Assembly (NCBI GenBank): GCA_002104905.1
Contig: MCFE01000738.1
Location: 1 to 41,057 of the forward strand
DNA from: Basidiobolus meristosporus CBS 931.73
Taxonomy: Eukaryota; Fungi; Basidiobolomycota
Reading direction: 5' to 3'
DNA length: 41,057 nucleotides
Shown here: one piece after another, positions 1 to 12,175 of the stretch
How the letters are laid out: each line of letters starts with the position of its first letter
Position numbering within the stretch: position 1 is the first letter of the stretch
Notes under the pieces: generated by a model
What the model saw: the letters and a program-made list of their open reading frames with translations, nothing else
Databases searched by the model: none
Told to the model about the DNA's origin: nothing
Translations under genes and position numbers: made by a program

Positions 1-35
1 TGCTTGGATGGTGCGCGCAGTAATGCTCGACTTAC

Positions 36-545
36 CGAACGTTGTCTAGAAGGCGCGGTGTGGTCTTGTATACTTTCCCGAGGGTGGTTTTACATTCACA
101 GATTAAGGGTATGTAAGTGCTGAAGGTAGTTAGTCAAGTTGTTCCATAGATCCAAGAACGAAGTGGTCACTTCAGCTACCTTCCGATATCGAAACCAGCA
201 TTGGAGGTTAATAAACCGTCACCAAGCTGCACCTTGTTACTTTTTCCTATGAAGGTAACTTTAGTGCTGGAGCGGAAGAAGGGCAACTAACTCTTCGTTA
301 CCATAAAGAGATACAGCGTTGAGCTCTTTGGTGGCACAAACCCAAGAAAACGAATCGCCAACAATGGCGCGACACGTCCCGCACTGAAATACTAGCGGTG
401 CTGACACATCTTGAGACTCGGCTGCGTTATCAACACTTGTGGTTATGTCCCTATTTAACGGGGCTGTCTCCTCTTCTAACTGTGGTGGCCAGCGGGATTC
501 AGTTGGCTCAATCTTGGTTCGTGATTCAGGTCGAGAAGTCAGCAT
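36..545 (-). CDS. mis18: Mis18 (yippee-like zinc-binding centromere protein), spliced; 3' end lies outside the window
   Basis: Exons 545-302, 246-180 and 119-36, joined at GT..AG, give ...VFQCGTCRAIVGDSFSWV...GSTYIPLICECKTTLGKVYKTTPRLLDNVR, which matches the Mis18/yippee pattern. A further donor (GTAAGT) follows at 35. Confidence 0.85.
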
Positions 546-818
546 TTTAACAAGTTCAAGTTACTTTGCTGTAACGGCTCTGCTAAACCCTATAATCTGG
601 GGGTTGTTATTTGTTTAATTTTCGGTCAAAACTAGTGCTGAGTCGCACGACTTATTGGATCTTGATGATGATGGTTTTGAAGGGTGAGTCTATATCTTCA
701 CCCAATGGATGCCTTGTATGAATATCATTGATCATTGGCGAGTGTGGTGAAATATAAATGGGTTACTAAGACACATTGGCAGTTGGATTTTGAAGGGCTT
801 CTGTGGAACCAAAGCAAT

Positions 819-2026
819 ATGAAAGTTGCACTTCTTGGTGATGTGATGCCGGTATGTCCCAAAGCCCATTGCTATACTGTATTACCAACTGACCTGAATG
901 CCAGGGGCGACTTTTCAATCATTCGTTGGGATTGCCCTCCGAGGCTGCCGGAATGACCGCCGACGACTTCGAAGAGTGTTTTCCCGAGCTGCTTCAAGAA
1001 GACCCAGACAGGATATGGGGAAGCGTGCTGCCGGTACTGGAATCATGTGATGTTAGAATCATCAATCTGGAATGTGCGGCAGGTACCAAGGATCCCGAAA
1101 ACGACGCTTACTCCCACTGTATGCATCCCGAAGTGGTAAATAAGCTCCTCAAAGGAAAAGTCGATATGTGTTGCTTGGCCAATAACCATGCACTTGATAT
1201 GGGGCCTGCAGGATTGAAATCGATGGTTACCGCCTTGAATGCCTCTGGTATCAAGTGGGCTGGGGTTGGCAAACTTGGGCAAGCGCGTAGAGCTTGCAGA
1301 TATAGTTCAGTCGGCCTTCTTAGCTACGCCGATCACTTCATCGAGTGGGCGGCGACCGAGAACTCGATCGGAATCAATTACTTCGACATCGCGGGGTTCA
1401 CCGTCAATGGTACTGGAAATATCAATCGGCAACGAGTCACAAGCATTAGTGAGATAACGAAGATGGTTGAGACCATTCGTTCCCAGGTCCAGCTGGTTGT
1501 GGTTGGGATCCACTGGGGCGATAATTTTACCTGGCAGCCACCTCGGGTTTTCCAAGAGTTTGCCAGAGCGTTGATTGATGAGAGTGACATCGACGTTGTG
1601 TTTGGCCACTCGGCTCACCATGTGCAAGGCGTCGAGATATACAACGGGAAGGTTATCCTGTATGGATGCGGAGATTTCCTGGATGATTACGATGTATATG
1701 TGAGAGCGCTCAAAGCAGGGAGACAACTCTCCAGCGATGAAGACAGTGATGAAGAGTCGGAAGAAGAGCCATTTGATTTTGAGCCCTTTCGGAAGCACCG
1801 GAGTGACCTGAGCTTCATGTATATAATACACACCGAGGAAACCAATCATGGATCATGCGTTATTCGTCAACTGGAGCTCATCCCCACCAGAATCCAAGAT
1901 TTACAAGTAAACCTTGCCGAAGGAGAAGATCGCCAGTGGGTTATTGACAAGATGAGTAGTCTCTGTGAAGAGCTTGGAACTCACGTAGAACCAACCGAAA
2001 CGTCCCTTCTAATTCAAGTTTCTTAG
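819..2026 (+). CDS. CapA / PGA_cap-family metallophosphoesterase-like protein
   Basis: ATG at 819 (MKVALLGDVMP), intron 852-904, then in frame with ORF 926-2026. Motifs GDVMxGR, INLEC, LANNHALDMG, IHWG and GHSAHHVQGVEIYNGKVILYGCGDFLDDY are typical of the CapA family. Confidence 0.85.
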
Positions 2027-2226
2027 CATGCAATAAATCCCCCCCCCCTATACACTAGAATATCGAATTTTTTGATCACAGATTAAGCTGCTCTACACAA
2101 ATCCAACAACGATCGGTGAAAAATCAATGAGAAAAAGAAAAAAAGACTGGTGAGATACGAGTTGGGAAGTTAGCTCTAGCCTCGGTAGCAGCAGAATTTA
2201 GGTACACCTCCAAAGCAGAACGTAAA

Positions 2227-3080
2227 ATGACTTCGACTAGACTGGACGGGCGCAAGTCTGACGAAATCCGTCCCCTGTACTGCTCACAGAGTCTGTTGAA
2301 TCGTGCTGATGGCTCCGGACGTTTTGAGCAAGGTGCTAAACAACCGAACCCCTCGACTGTAACCAAAGTTATTAATCTTGTAAGCTAATAGGTAAATCGG
2401 CGGTTCTTTGCGGCGTACACGGTCCCATGGAGGTAAAAATAAACCAAGAGCAGCTCGACAAATCAACCCTGGAAGTGAACTTCCGACCCATGGTTGGCTT
2501 ACCTGGAACTCGTGAGAAGAAATATGAAACGGTGATCCGGAACACCTTCGAAAACGCCATTCTCTCCGGACTACATCCCCGTACACTTATCCAGATGAAT
2601 GCTCAAGTATTGTGGGATGATGGTTGCGTAAGAAATATGCTTTATTGTTCGCATATCAAGCACACATAAGGATTTATGAATTTTCCGGTAGGTTCTTGCA
2701 ACGGCTATCAACGCAGTTACTCTGGCGCTGATTGACGCTGGTATTCCTGTCAAAAACATCATTTCTGCCTCCACCTGCCTTATTGATGGTGAAGGACAGC
2801 TGGTTATCGACCCTACTTTGAAAGAACTCGAGGTAAGCCAGATATGACACTGCCTAGAAACCCAACTAAATGTATTCCACACTAGACTCCCAGCTCGTCA
2901 ATCCATACATTTGCTTTTGACAGTACAACCCAAGGGGTGGTTTTCTCGGAATCTATTGGTTCCTACTCTGAAGACGACTACTTTAGATGCCTAGAGATAT
3001 GCTGTGCCGCTGCCACCAAAATCCATGCGTTCATGAGAACCGCTCTCGAGAAAAAGCTTGAAAAAGAGAATCAATACTGA
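2227..3080 (+). CDS. RRP46: Exosome complex RNase PH-like subunit Rrp46, 3 introns
   Basis: Spliced reading MTSTRLDGRKSDEIRPL..LLNRADGSGRFEQG|KSAVLCGVHGPMEV..HPRTLIQMNAQVLWDDGC|VLATAINAVTLALIDAGIPV..DPTLKELE|..KKLEKENQY*. Confidence 0.85.
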
Positions 3081-3901
3081 TGAATGATACCCTTGATCGA
3101 TACCTCTTCACTACTTATAGAACAATACCATTCAAAGCACGAAGTATTGCCTCTCCTTAGCCTCGTATTGTTGGAGGTATTCTTTTCAAAGCGTGTATCC
3201 ACCGCAATCTTCTACTCAGGTTATGAGGATTTGATAGGACTTGGTTAAATGAAGCGCTTAGCCTGCTGCGAAAGATACAGCTGCCAAATGATTATGACTG
3301 GTTGGCTTACATAGTGCCAAAGAACTAGCACACTCTAACTTAATTGGTATTAATTGCATAAGACTGAGGTTCGTGTTCGTAATCCATCTGGCCATTCGAA
3401 ATAAGCGTTTGTGGGCACACAGCTGAAACAAATCATCTAGAAAGCTAGTGCCGTAGCTGAAACCAGCATGCATTGCATATATCGATATCTATGATACGTG
3501 TCTATTGGTGAATGCAGGATCTTGATTTGGTCACCTTGCTGAGGAAGGTGATCCAAATGCGTAGTAGATTGGGCTGGTGAACAATGAAATGCTTGTGAAT
3601 GCGTAGTACCAATTCGCATCCAGTGAGGTCATTGTATTTGCAGCAGGGTACTAGGGTAATCCAAGTAATTGGTACATACAATGGAATCCAGTGTGGGTGA
3701 TCCCACCTACGTCATTATCTAGTCGTCGTCATCCGTATCATGAGAACAGGTGGAGATCCGTAGATTTATGTATAAACACCCTAGTGCTGTAGTAAAACCA
3801 GTCACTTCAATCAGTGCAAGTCCACTTTGTCAACACAGCCTTGATTCCCGCATATCTAACCTTTCTAATTTCAAAGCATACGAATCAGCCAATCTTTGAG
3901 T

Positions 3902-4517
3902 ATGACCTCCCTTCGTACCTATGGAGTGGTATCTCTACTGTTCATTACGTCTTACGCTTTCTCGTTATATTCCATCTTTACCAACACTTGGCTCTGGCGC
4001 AGAGCACCGGCACCATTGAAACTAAGCGAAAACTATGGCCTTTGGCGGAAGTGCAATCCTTTCGGTACCTGCAGGCCTTACCCTGACGCGGACCAAGGTG
4101 ACTGTGTGGATGATGCGTATTGCAACAAATGGCACGTCGCTCAGGCTGGTATGGCTGTATCGGGGATTCTAGGTGGCATGATTATCATAAGTTTGCTCGG
4201 ATTTCTTTTTGCAAATTATGCTCGTAGAAGCAAAGGCTGGAAGCTGGTAACATTGCTCCTCACCACCCACGGTAAGTTTAACCCAAGAGTCGGTCACGGT
4301 TCACTGGCTAATCTTTTTTCCATCTGTGCTAGCCATTTGTCAGATTATCTCCATGTCCTTGATCGCAAACATATCCAACAACTATTTCCACGTCGGAACT
4401 ACCTACGATATATCTTTTGTTTCTTGTATTGTTAGCTGGGTTCTAGATATCATCATCGCAGTAGCTCTGGGCACAATCGCCGTTACCAGCCCACCGGCCT
4501 ACCATCCTATAGATTAA
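3902..4517 (+). CDS. Claudin/PMP22/Sur7-like four-transmembrane protein, 1 intron
   Basis: N-terminal TM, then W...YGLWRKC...C extracellular signature. An intron (~4272-4331) joins to ICQIISMSLI..., giving 4 hydrophobic segments and ending PPAYHPID*. Confidence 0.7.
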
Positions 4518-5960
4518 ACCACTCTGGGCGTTTTACATCCAGTGTTCATGCGAGTCAACATTTCTCAAAAATATCTCAATATCTTGGTATACACTAATAA
4601 ACACATAATACGAGCATTTCCAATCGCACAGGGTGGGCTATTCAGCATTCAAAACCCCCGAGACTCGGATCACGCTCTTGTTCCATGTGTTCGTAGCACA
4701 ACGTTTCTACAAAATATCGGAGTGTGCTAGGCTCTGGTTCAACAGCAGTCGATTTCCAACCGAAATAATCTGACTGCCTCGGAAAGTATCAGCAGACCCT
4801 GCAATCTTCTCCAAACGTGCCTTGAACCTGCACATGAGATGCTGTGCAGTCCCCATCATTGCACGCATTGCTTTTGTGCATATCCACATACGGTGTTCGG
4901 AGATATCAACAAGCACCAGAGATTGGCTGTGACAGGAATAAATGGAATATCTAATGCTGTTTCATCGGTATTCTACAGCAGCGGAAGATCTCTTGGACAA
5001 GACACATTTGAAATGATATCGCGTTCTACGAGCCAGGAGCTGTTCGCTCCGTTCGAGATATCGTCCGAAGCTCTATTGTCGTCCACCTGTGGTCCATAAA
5101 GGTCAAGAGATGCCTGAGTGCGGTTGTCTGGGAATCTGCCCATGAGTTATTCTGGTTTTAGTATCCCTTACACAAGGTGGACGATCTTGCTGCTCTTCAA
5201 AGACATGATCTTCATGGTGAATGTCATCGCTAGTACAAGCCGTCAAACATGTATGGGTATTCAAGGGTCAGTTTAACGTGTGACGTAGAGCGGTTGAAGG
5301 GTGGAAAGGAGGTTCGTTTCTGGTAAGACAGCCAGTTACATATGGCGGGCTCATCTTTTGAAAACAAGAGCATCAATGTTTCTGGCTCTTCACGCAATCC
5401 ATCCGAGCATTTCCGAAACAATCCCACTTTCTAAATGAACACACTTGCACTTGAGGATGCAAACTCGATCAGAACATCTGGGTTCTGCCTGTGGCAACGA
5501 GGATCCAAGCGGGCATTTATGGCCTTATGGTAAAAGCAATTAAGCACAAATAATTTGTTGATGTGAAGCTCTCCTGAACTTACTTGAGCCAAAGAAAGAT
5601 GTGAAACTCAGGGGGGTTATTTGCGAGCGGTTGCGCACTCTATCTATTTAAAGATGCAAACGAGGAGCCATGTAACATGAAGGCCTTTCTCCATTTGTAA
5701 ACTCTGCAGAGCAAGATTTATCATAATTATCGGCCATTCCGACTCTTCACCGGCGATAACTCTTTCGCTCTTCAATTGTGGTTCCTTGGCCCATCCCTTT
5801 GGTTTCTTGCCTTTGAAATTTGCCACCATCGCGGTAGAACTATGATAATTTAGCATCTACGGATTTTCAACCCATACACGTAAACAACCCTCCACCCCTT
5901 TTACACCAAAGAATATCTAACATTCCTGTAACACCGGGCACATACCATTCAGTGACGAGT

Positions 5961-8397
5961 ATGCTTCTGATTCTCGGTTTATTGCTGATAGGTTCTTTAC
6001 AGTGTTCCTTGGCAGTAAGCCCACTTTATGAAGACTGCTCATACCTAGTGAACACGTTCTTTACCAACATCAGTGTTAACTTCCTAAGTCCAAAACTCGA
6101 TTTGAACGACTACAGAGGTCACTCGAGACACTGCTGTGTTCTTCCGGGTGTCATATGCGAGAATGACCGAGTTGGTCAACTCATATTCATGGGAAATGTA
6201 TCAGGTAGGCTTCCCGACGACCTGGGGAAACTGAATTACTTATCAGCCATCGCGTTCGTGAACACCGCTGTTACCGGAGAAATCCCATCGTCCATTGGCA
6301 ATCTGACCAGACTCAACTTCCTGTGAGTGATCTCCTCCACAGCTGTACTTCTTATAGTTTGTTTGCTTCAATGCTTACGTTGCTTTCCCTCGCTAGATCT
6401 CTATTTCGCTCCAATTTCCACGGAGAACTTCCGAAGGAGATGTTTAACTTGCCATTGGAGTATCTGTAAGTGGTAGCGCCGGAGCCAACAGCACCTCACC
6501 CATTAACCGGGAACCCATATAGCAATTTGAACGACAATCGCTTTGTTGGCGAGATCCCTACCGCTATATCCCAGCTAACCAACGCAGCATTTATGTAAGT
6601 TGTAGTTCACATCGAAGTTGAATCATCTGGCAACTAATCCTTCTGCGACCCAGCGGACTGAGTAACAACAATTTTACCGGAGCATTACCCGCCTTCAAGC
6701 TGATCGATAAAGGAATATGCGAAATCAGTGGAAACAACCTGACATGTCTAAGCGCTGGGGCTCCCACCTGTAGCAGCACAACACCGATATCGCCGTGTGG
6801 TATGGACCCGAATTCTCTCGGCCTTCACGCGTTATCTAACCTGGTCCTTTCCGAGCAGATAGAACAGTCCCGGTGGAAAAGCAAGCAACGCCGACTCGCG
6901 AAACAGTCCCCTCCTGGGGAATCGCGCTTATCGTTATCGGCGCTTGCATCCTGGCGCTGTTGCTTGGGCTTGCGGTATGGCTAAACCACAGACGGAAACG
7001 AATGAGTAAGGCCTCCATGTACACCACCCCCACACTGCAATCCACTGAATTCCACCATTCCCTTTGCAGCACAGCGCCGATTGGATCGCAGTCGCCAAGC
7101 ACCGTTGGAGAGCCCCCAATACGGGAGCGGAATCTCATCACCAGATACTACGGGTGAGATCATCAGTGAGAAAACACTCTCCAGCAGAATCAGTGCCTCC
7201 GAGTCGGACTTACCCGTGCCTGTTCTTGTCGGCGCGGGCTCCAGATCGTATGAAGAAAAGAATTCCCTGGTCAATAGGGGAATAACCCCGCTCCCGCCGA
7301 TGCGAAAGTCCATAACGACCGATCAGTACTGCCAAACAGAAAGGGGCGCATTGGCCCATCCTAAACACCCTGTTGCAGTCGATCAGCCGGCAAATCCGGA
7401 CGGGGGTTTGTCGTCAGAACAAGATCGAAACGATCCTACCAGCGCAGGGCATGCGATCTCTGGCAGCTCCTCCCCTGAATCAACCCCAAACCCAGTTCTT
7501 TCAAAGCCACCGAGTTTCATCAACAACCCCTGTGATGAGAGCTCGATAAAGGATGAGGAACCAGCAAGTGAAGGCACCCAAATGAAGCGGGGCTCGGAGT
7601 ACATGGACGAGCATGAGGATGAGCATGAGCATAACGATGCCCCAGATTCCCTTGAATCCGAGTTGAAATCGAAGCCTTCCAGAGACCCTCCGCTTTCGCG
7701 AGTCGTGTCGATAATTTCCCATTCTTACTCGACATTATCCAACTCCTCGTCCAACTCCTCGTTTAAGCGAATACGCACATCCACATCTTCCTATGGAGAT
7801 ATCAAGAACGTCTTTCCTGCACCCACCGAGCCAGAACAGACTCCTTCCGAGCTGAACAGAGATTCCACAGGCAGCGTGGGCCAAGGAGACAAGGACACTG
7901 CTAGAGACGACCCCGGTGGATATTCTTTACCAGATATTGCCGCAGGCATGGAGCCACCGAAGTTCGTTAGTGAGCCAGCCCCTGAGCCCGCAGAGGTGTT
8001 CCACCCCGAGCACGACTTGATTCTGACCGACACGGATACGTTAGTTGGACAACCCTTGGAACATGAGAAACTTGGCAAAGCGCTCCTTAAGCTCAAGCAT
8101 CCCCACGATTTGGACATTCACCATCACTTTCATGAATACGACCCAAACAACCCATGTCCCAGCCCCTTAGATCCAATCTTCCACAACATAATGACCAAAT
8201 CCCACTCAACCGCCCCGCCAATGCTTTCGTTCCAAACAACCAGTGGAACAGTGAACCGACCAAAGAGGAGGCCCAAGCTTCCTTACATGGCCACCAGACA
8301 GGACCGCTCACGTAGCAGCTCTCCCCGCTCATCCTTGTACAATTCCAGGGCGCGTTCCTCGCTAAACAGAACTAGACTCTCTCAGGTCTTTTCGTGA
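5961..8397 (+). CDS. LRR receptor-like single-pass membrane protein (signal peptide, Cys cap, ~4-5 plant-type LRRs, TM, ~440-aa low-complexity cytoplasmic tail), 5 introns
   Basis: Introns 6323-6396, 6466-6522, 6595-6653, 6800-6858 and 7006-7069 give one continuous frame. Repeats: SGRLPDDLGKLNYL, TGEIPSSIGNLTRLNFL, NFHGELP, NRFVGEIP, NNFTGALP. TM WGIALIVIGACILALLLGLAVWL followed by NHRRKR. Confidence 0.8.
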
Positions 8398-9324
8398 TCC
8401 CACGAGTCAAGATTTCCATTTCAAATGGACCAGACTTTAGAGAACAACTTTCTGATTTTGATTCACGTTTAAGATGTATAAAGATTTCCTTGTCGTTTTG
8501 GTTCGTTCTGTCCGCTTAATTCGGCCGACATCTGGTTTGGGTCAGAGTGATGTATTTAAGCAAGTAATATTAATAAACGAACTTTTGTCTTGAAGTGGGT
8601 GCCCACCAACGCCGCCCGCTCCATAGCTGGCTGGTCCATTCTCCCTGCACCTATGCTGGATCCCTTGCCCATGAAAACCCGTCCCCAGGCCGCAAGCGAT
8701 GACGTCTGGCCGCATGCGCAAGGTTGGTACGAACTCGCCAGAGCCTGCGATTGTACCAACTCTCGTGACCGTGGCACAGGCAGGGGGCACACGATGATCT
8801 TCACATCTGCTGACACTCTGGTCAGTCAGCCGGCATCCACACAATGGCAGATCAGGTTGAGCATTTGTTGCCATGTTTCTCTGACTCAGATGTCGCGAAA
8901 TGAGGCAACCATCGATGATGTTGTGCAACACAACCCGACATTTGTGATCGCTAGAACACTCGAAAAACTTCCACGGGCCAAGAACAAAAAGAATCAGGGA
9001 TCATTTTTCACATCTGGAGCCAGATCATGACAACATTCTCAAACATAGGCTACCTAGCATGAAGTTGGCCCCACCAAAATCAAGGCCTTCATGGCTGGGC
9101 CGTCCTGAACGAAATCCTCAAATTTTGCGGACCCTTTCAGTGGCGGGCGAAACTGGATTTGCCTTCACCCTCCATTTCTGATATCCTTTTTTTGAAGCCT
9201 TTGCAGGTTCTCTATTGGTTTCCGGTCGAGTTTCCAAGTAACTGCTCTTCTACACTACTTCTAATCTTATCCCGCTGCCCTTCCCATACATCTTCGCAAG
9301 GCTCCCGGCACTCTCGGACAAAAC

Positions 9325-11031
9325 ATGGATTTCAGAGTCGGGAACAAATATAGACTTGGTAGAAAGATAGGTTCAGGTTCCTTCGGGGAGATATACCTTG
9401 GTAAGAAAGTCGTTTTCGTGTTGTCTGTCACCTTGGCGCTTTGTGCCCGGCCAAAGCCGGAGACCTTTGCAGCCATGATTGCACGCTGCCTTCCCTAACG
9501 CCGCCTTGATTTCCCCTTCCCCAGGAACTAGCGTAGTTGGCGGTGAAGAAGTCGCCATCAAACTCGAGTCGACCAAAGCTCGCCATCCGCAACTTGAATA
9601 TGAGTCCAAGGTCTACAAATCTCTAGCGGGCGGAGTTGGAATACCGTTTGTTCGTCATTTCGGAGTGGAGATGGAATACAATTGCATGGTGATCGATCTG
9701 CTCGGACCTTCTTTGGAGGACTTATTCAACTTTTGCTCGCGCAAGTTTTCCCTCAAGACCGTGCTTATCTTGGCTGACCAACTGGTAATACACCACCTTG
9801 AGTCGCGGGCGACGAGATGTCCTAACCCACGCTTCGCTTCGCTAGATCTCTCGCATCGAATATATCCACTCGAAGAATTTCATCCACCGTGACATCAAGC
9901 CAGACAACTTCTTGATGGGGATCGGGAAGTGGGCCAACCATGTGAACGTTATTGACTTCGGCCTGGCCAAGAAGTATCGCGATCCTAGAACACACTTGCA
10001 TATTCCCTATAGAGAGAACAAGAACTTGACCGGCACCGCACGCTACGCCAGTATTAACACACACTTGGGTGTAGGTTAGTGCCCACTTCACAGCCTCGCG
10101 CTTTCTTGCATATTCTCATCCATTGCGTTCACCTGTGATCCAGAGCAAGCTAGACGTGATGACCTTGAGTCGCTTGGCTACGTTCTGATGTATTTCCTTC
10201 GCGGATCGCTTCCCTGGCAAGGGTTGAAGGCGGTGACCAAGAAGCAAAAGTACGATCGAATCATGGAAAAGAAAATGACCACGCCTACCGAGTTGCTTTG
10301 CCAGGGATTTCCAAACGAGCTCACCATCTACCTGAACTACACGCGTAGCCTCCGTTTCGATGACAAGCCAGACTACAGCTACTTGAGGAAGCTTTTCCGG
10401 GATCTGTTCATCCGAGAGGGATTTCAATACGACTATGTATTCGACTGGACCATCCTGGAGAGAGTGAGTTGGATCCAGCAACAGCATCAGTCCGCAGCGT
10501 ACTCAGCCCTCTCTTCTTAGGAAAAGAAAGCTCGCGCGAATGAGCTAAAGGAGGCTCGTGCCGGTGTGAATGGCCCCGTTGTCTCGGGACCCAAGATCGT
10601 AAGCCCCCTTGTGTTGAAGTATGGAAGATGTTTGCGTTGCTGATCGATCTCTCTCCGATAGCGAGCTGATGAGCACCAAGGAAATCCGCCTCGCGTTAGC
10701 CAGATGCACGACAGAGATAGTATCCGCAAGAACACTAAACTAGATCTAGCAAATCCACCCAGAAACAGCATTATCTCTGGGGGAAGCTTACCGGTACGGA
10801 CCTCAACTGGTTATCGCAGGAAGGTTAACGGTGGAGAGGAAGCAGGGGCCAGAGGCGGCTTCAATAGGTTTGGAAGCAACGATCGGTGAGTAGCGCCATT
10901 CGGTAGGTCTGTGTATGTAACTCACCGCTTGTGATATCGATAGGCTTCAAGGCAGTGGGAGGCTAGTCACCAGTTCATATAACTTTCAAATTTCTGGCAA
11001 ACTCGATGGCGCCCATGAACACCATGGATAA
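9325..11031 (+). CDS. HRR25: Casein kinase I (Hrr25/Hhp1/CK1-delta type), multi-exon; last exon approximate
   Basis: [26 protein letters not shown]; VAIKLES; [10 protein letters not shown]; [12 protein letters not shown]; IDFGLAKKY; LTGTARYAS; LPWQGLKA; [12 protein letters not shown]. Confidence 0.95.
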
Positions 11032-11444
11032 TCCACCCGCTCCATGCGGAATAAACTAGCCATTTTAAGCCACAAGCCATGTCTCTTGCTTCCATTCTCA
11101 CTCTCGTGTCAATCCCCATCTCAGGTCAAGTATTCTGTTGTCAGCCTATCAAGTGTGTATTACAACTCGCCAGGATGAGAGGTGTTTCATCCATGGGTCC
11201 ATATGCATGAAATCCAATCTTGACCAATTTCATGCGACAACAATGATTAATCTGCCCTAGCGCTATGCAGAGTTAAATTAGCCATTGTCGAATCACAATG
11301 AAGCACTTGTCATTAAGCATAGTGTTGTTCCCTTAATCTAAATGGGAAAACGTAATATGAATAAGCAAATCCAACTCCCCTGCTCCCCGCCTCTACCATC
11401 CACCACTAACTTAAGCCACCCAACAGAGCGAACAGACCTTTGAC

Positions 11445-12175
11445 ATGGTAATTATCCCTGAGGTGCTTCCAATCTCAGGACGACAGCTCTCTCCAGCTGT
11501 AAACGTACTCTTTCGCAACGCAGCCTACTTATCGTTTTCTCCCTAGTCGGCAAGAATCATGAAAAAGAAGAAGAGAGCAGTTCGACAGAACTCCAACGTT
11601 TTTGCCATCTTTGACCAAAAGCAGATCGCCGAGTTCAAAGAAGCCTTCTCCATGATAGACCACGACTCTGATGGTTTCGTGGATAAGGAAGATTTGAAGG
11701 ATATGCTGTTCCACCTTGGTATGCGCGTCTAAAGAGCTTGTTCGCTTGCATGAGCTAACCTACACGCCTCATCCGACTTTTCCATTGTCAGGACAAACGC
11801 ATTCTGACCAGTACATCGAAGATATGATTAATGAAGCACCTGGAAGCATCAACTTCACCATGTTTCTCACCTTGATGGGTGAGAAGCTGAGTGGAACTGA
11901 CCCTGAGCATGATATACTCATGGCTTTTGAATGCTTTGATGATTGCCGTACAGGATACATCAACGCGGATGATCTTCGCGAGTACCTAACTGCGATAGGC
12001 GACCGTTTCACGGATGAAGAGGTAGTGTTTCGCACTCCATCCAGAGCGACCTTCCGGTCTTTCGTATGCTTACAACACTCTTTAGGTTGATATCATGTAT
12101 AAAGGACCATTCATCGACCATAACAACAACTTCAACTACCGTGAATTTGTGCGGGTCTTGAAGCATGGGGAGTAA
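11445..12175 (+). CDS. rlc1: Myosin II regulatory light chain (EF-hand), 3 introns
   Basis: ATG|intron|[51 protein letters not shown]|[36 protein letters not shown]|[20 protein letters not shown]. Confidence 0.92.

Noticed and set aside
2039-2048. Poly-C run after the CapA stop (also poly-G near 16850)
   Set aside because: Isolated homopolymers with no supporting structure.
4700-5900. Short ORFs in the 1.2-kb gap (4707-4916, 4839-5099, 5230-5427, 5644-5856)
   Set aside because: No recognisable motif, codon bias or consistent splice pattern; treated as intergenic.
6873-7157. Apparent overlapping ORFs 6873-7157 and 7081-8397, suggesting frameshifting or two genes
   Set aside because: Fully explained by a canonical GTAAGG..TTTGCAG intron at 7006-7069.
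8542-9030. 146-aa ORF (8590-9030) and antisense ORFs upstream of CK1
   Set aside because: No domain similarity or typical composition; likely promoter/UTR DNA. It cannot be fully excluded without RNA data.
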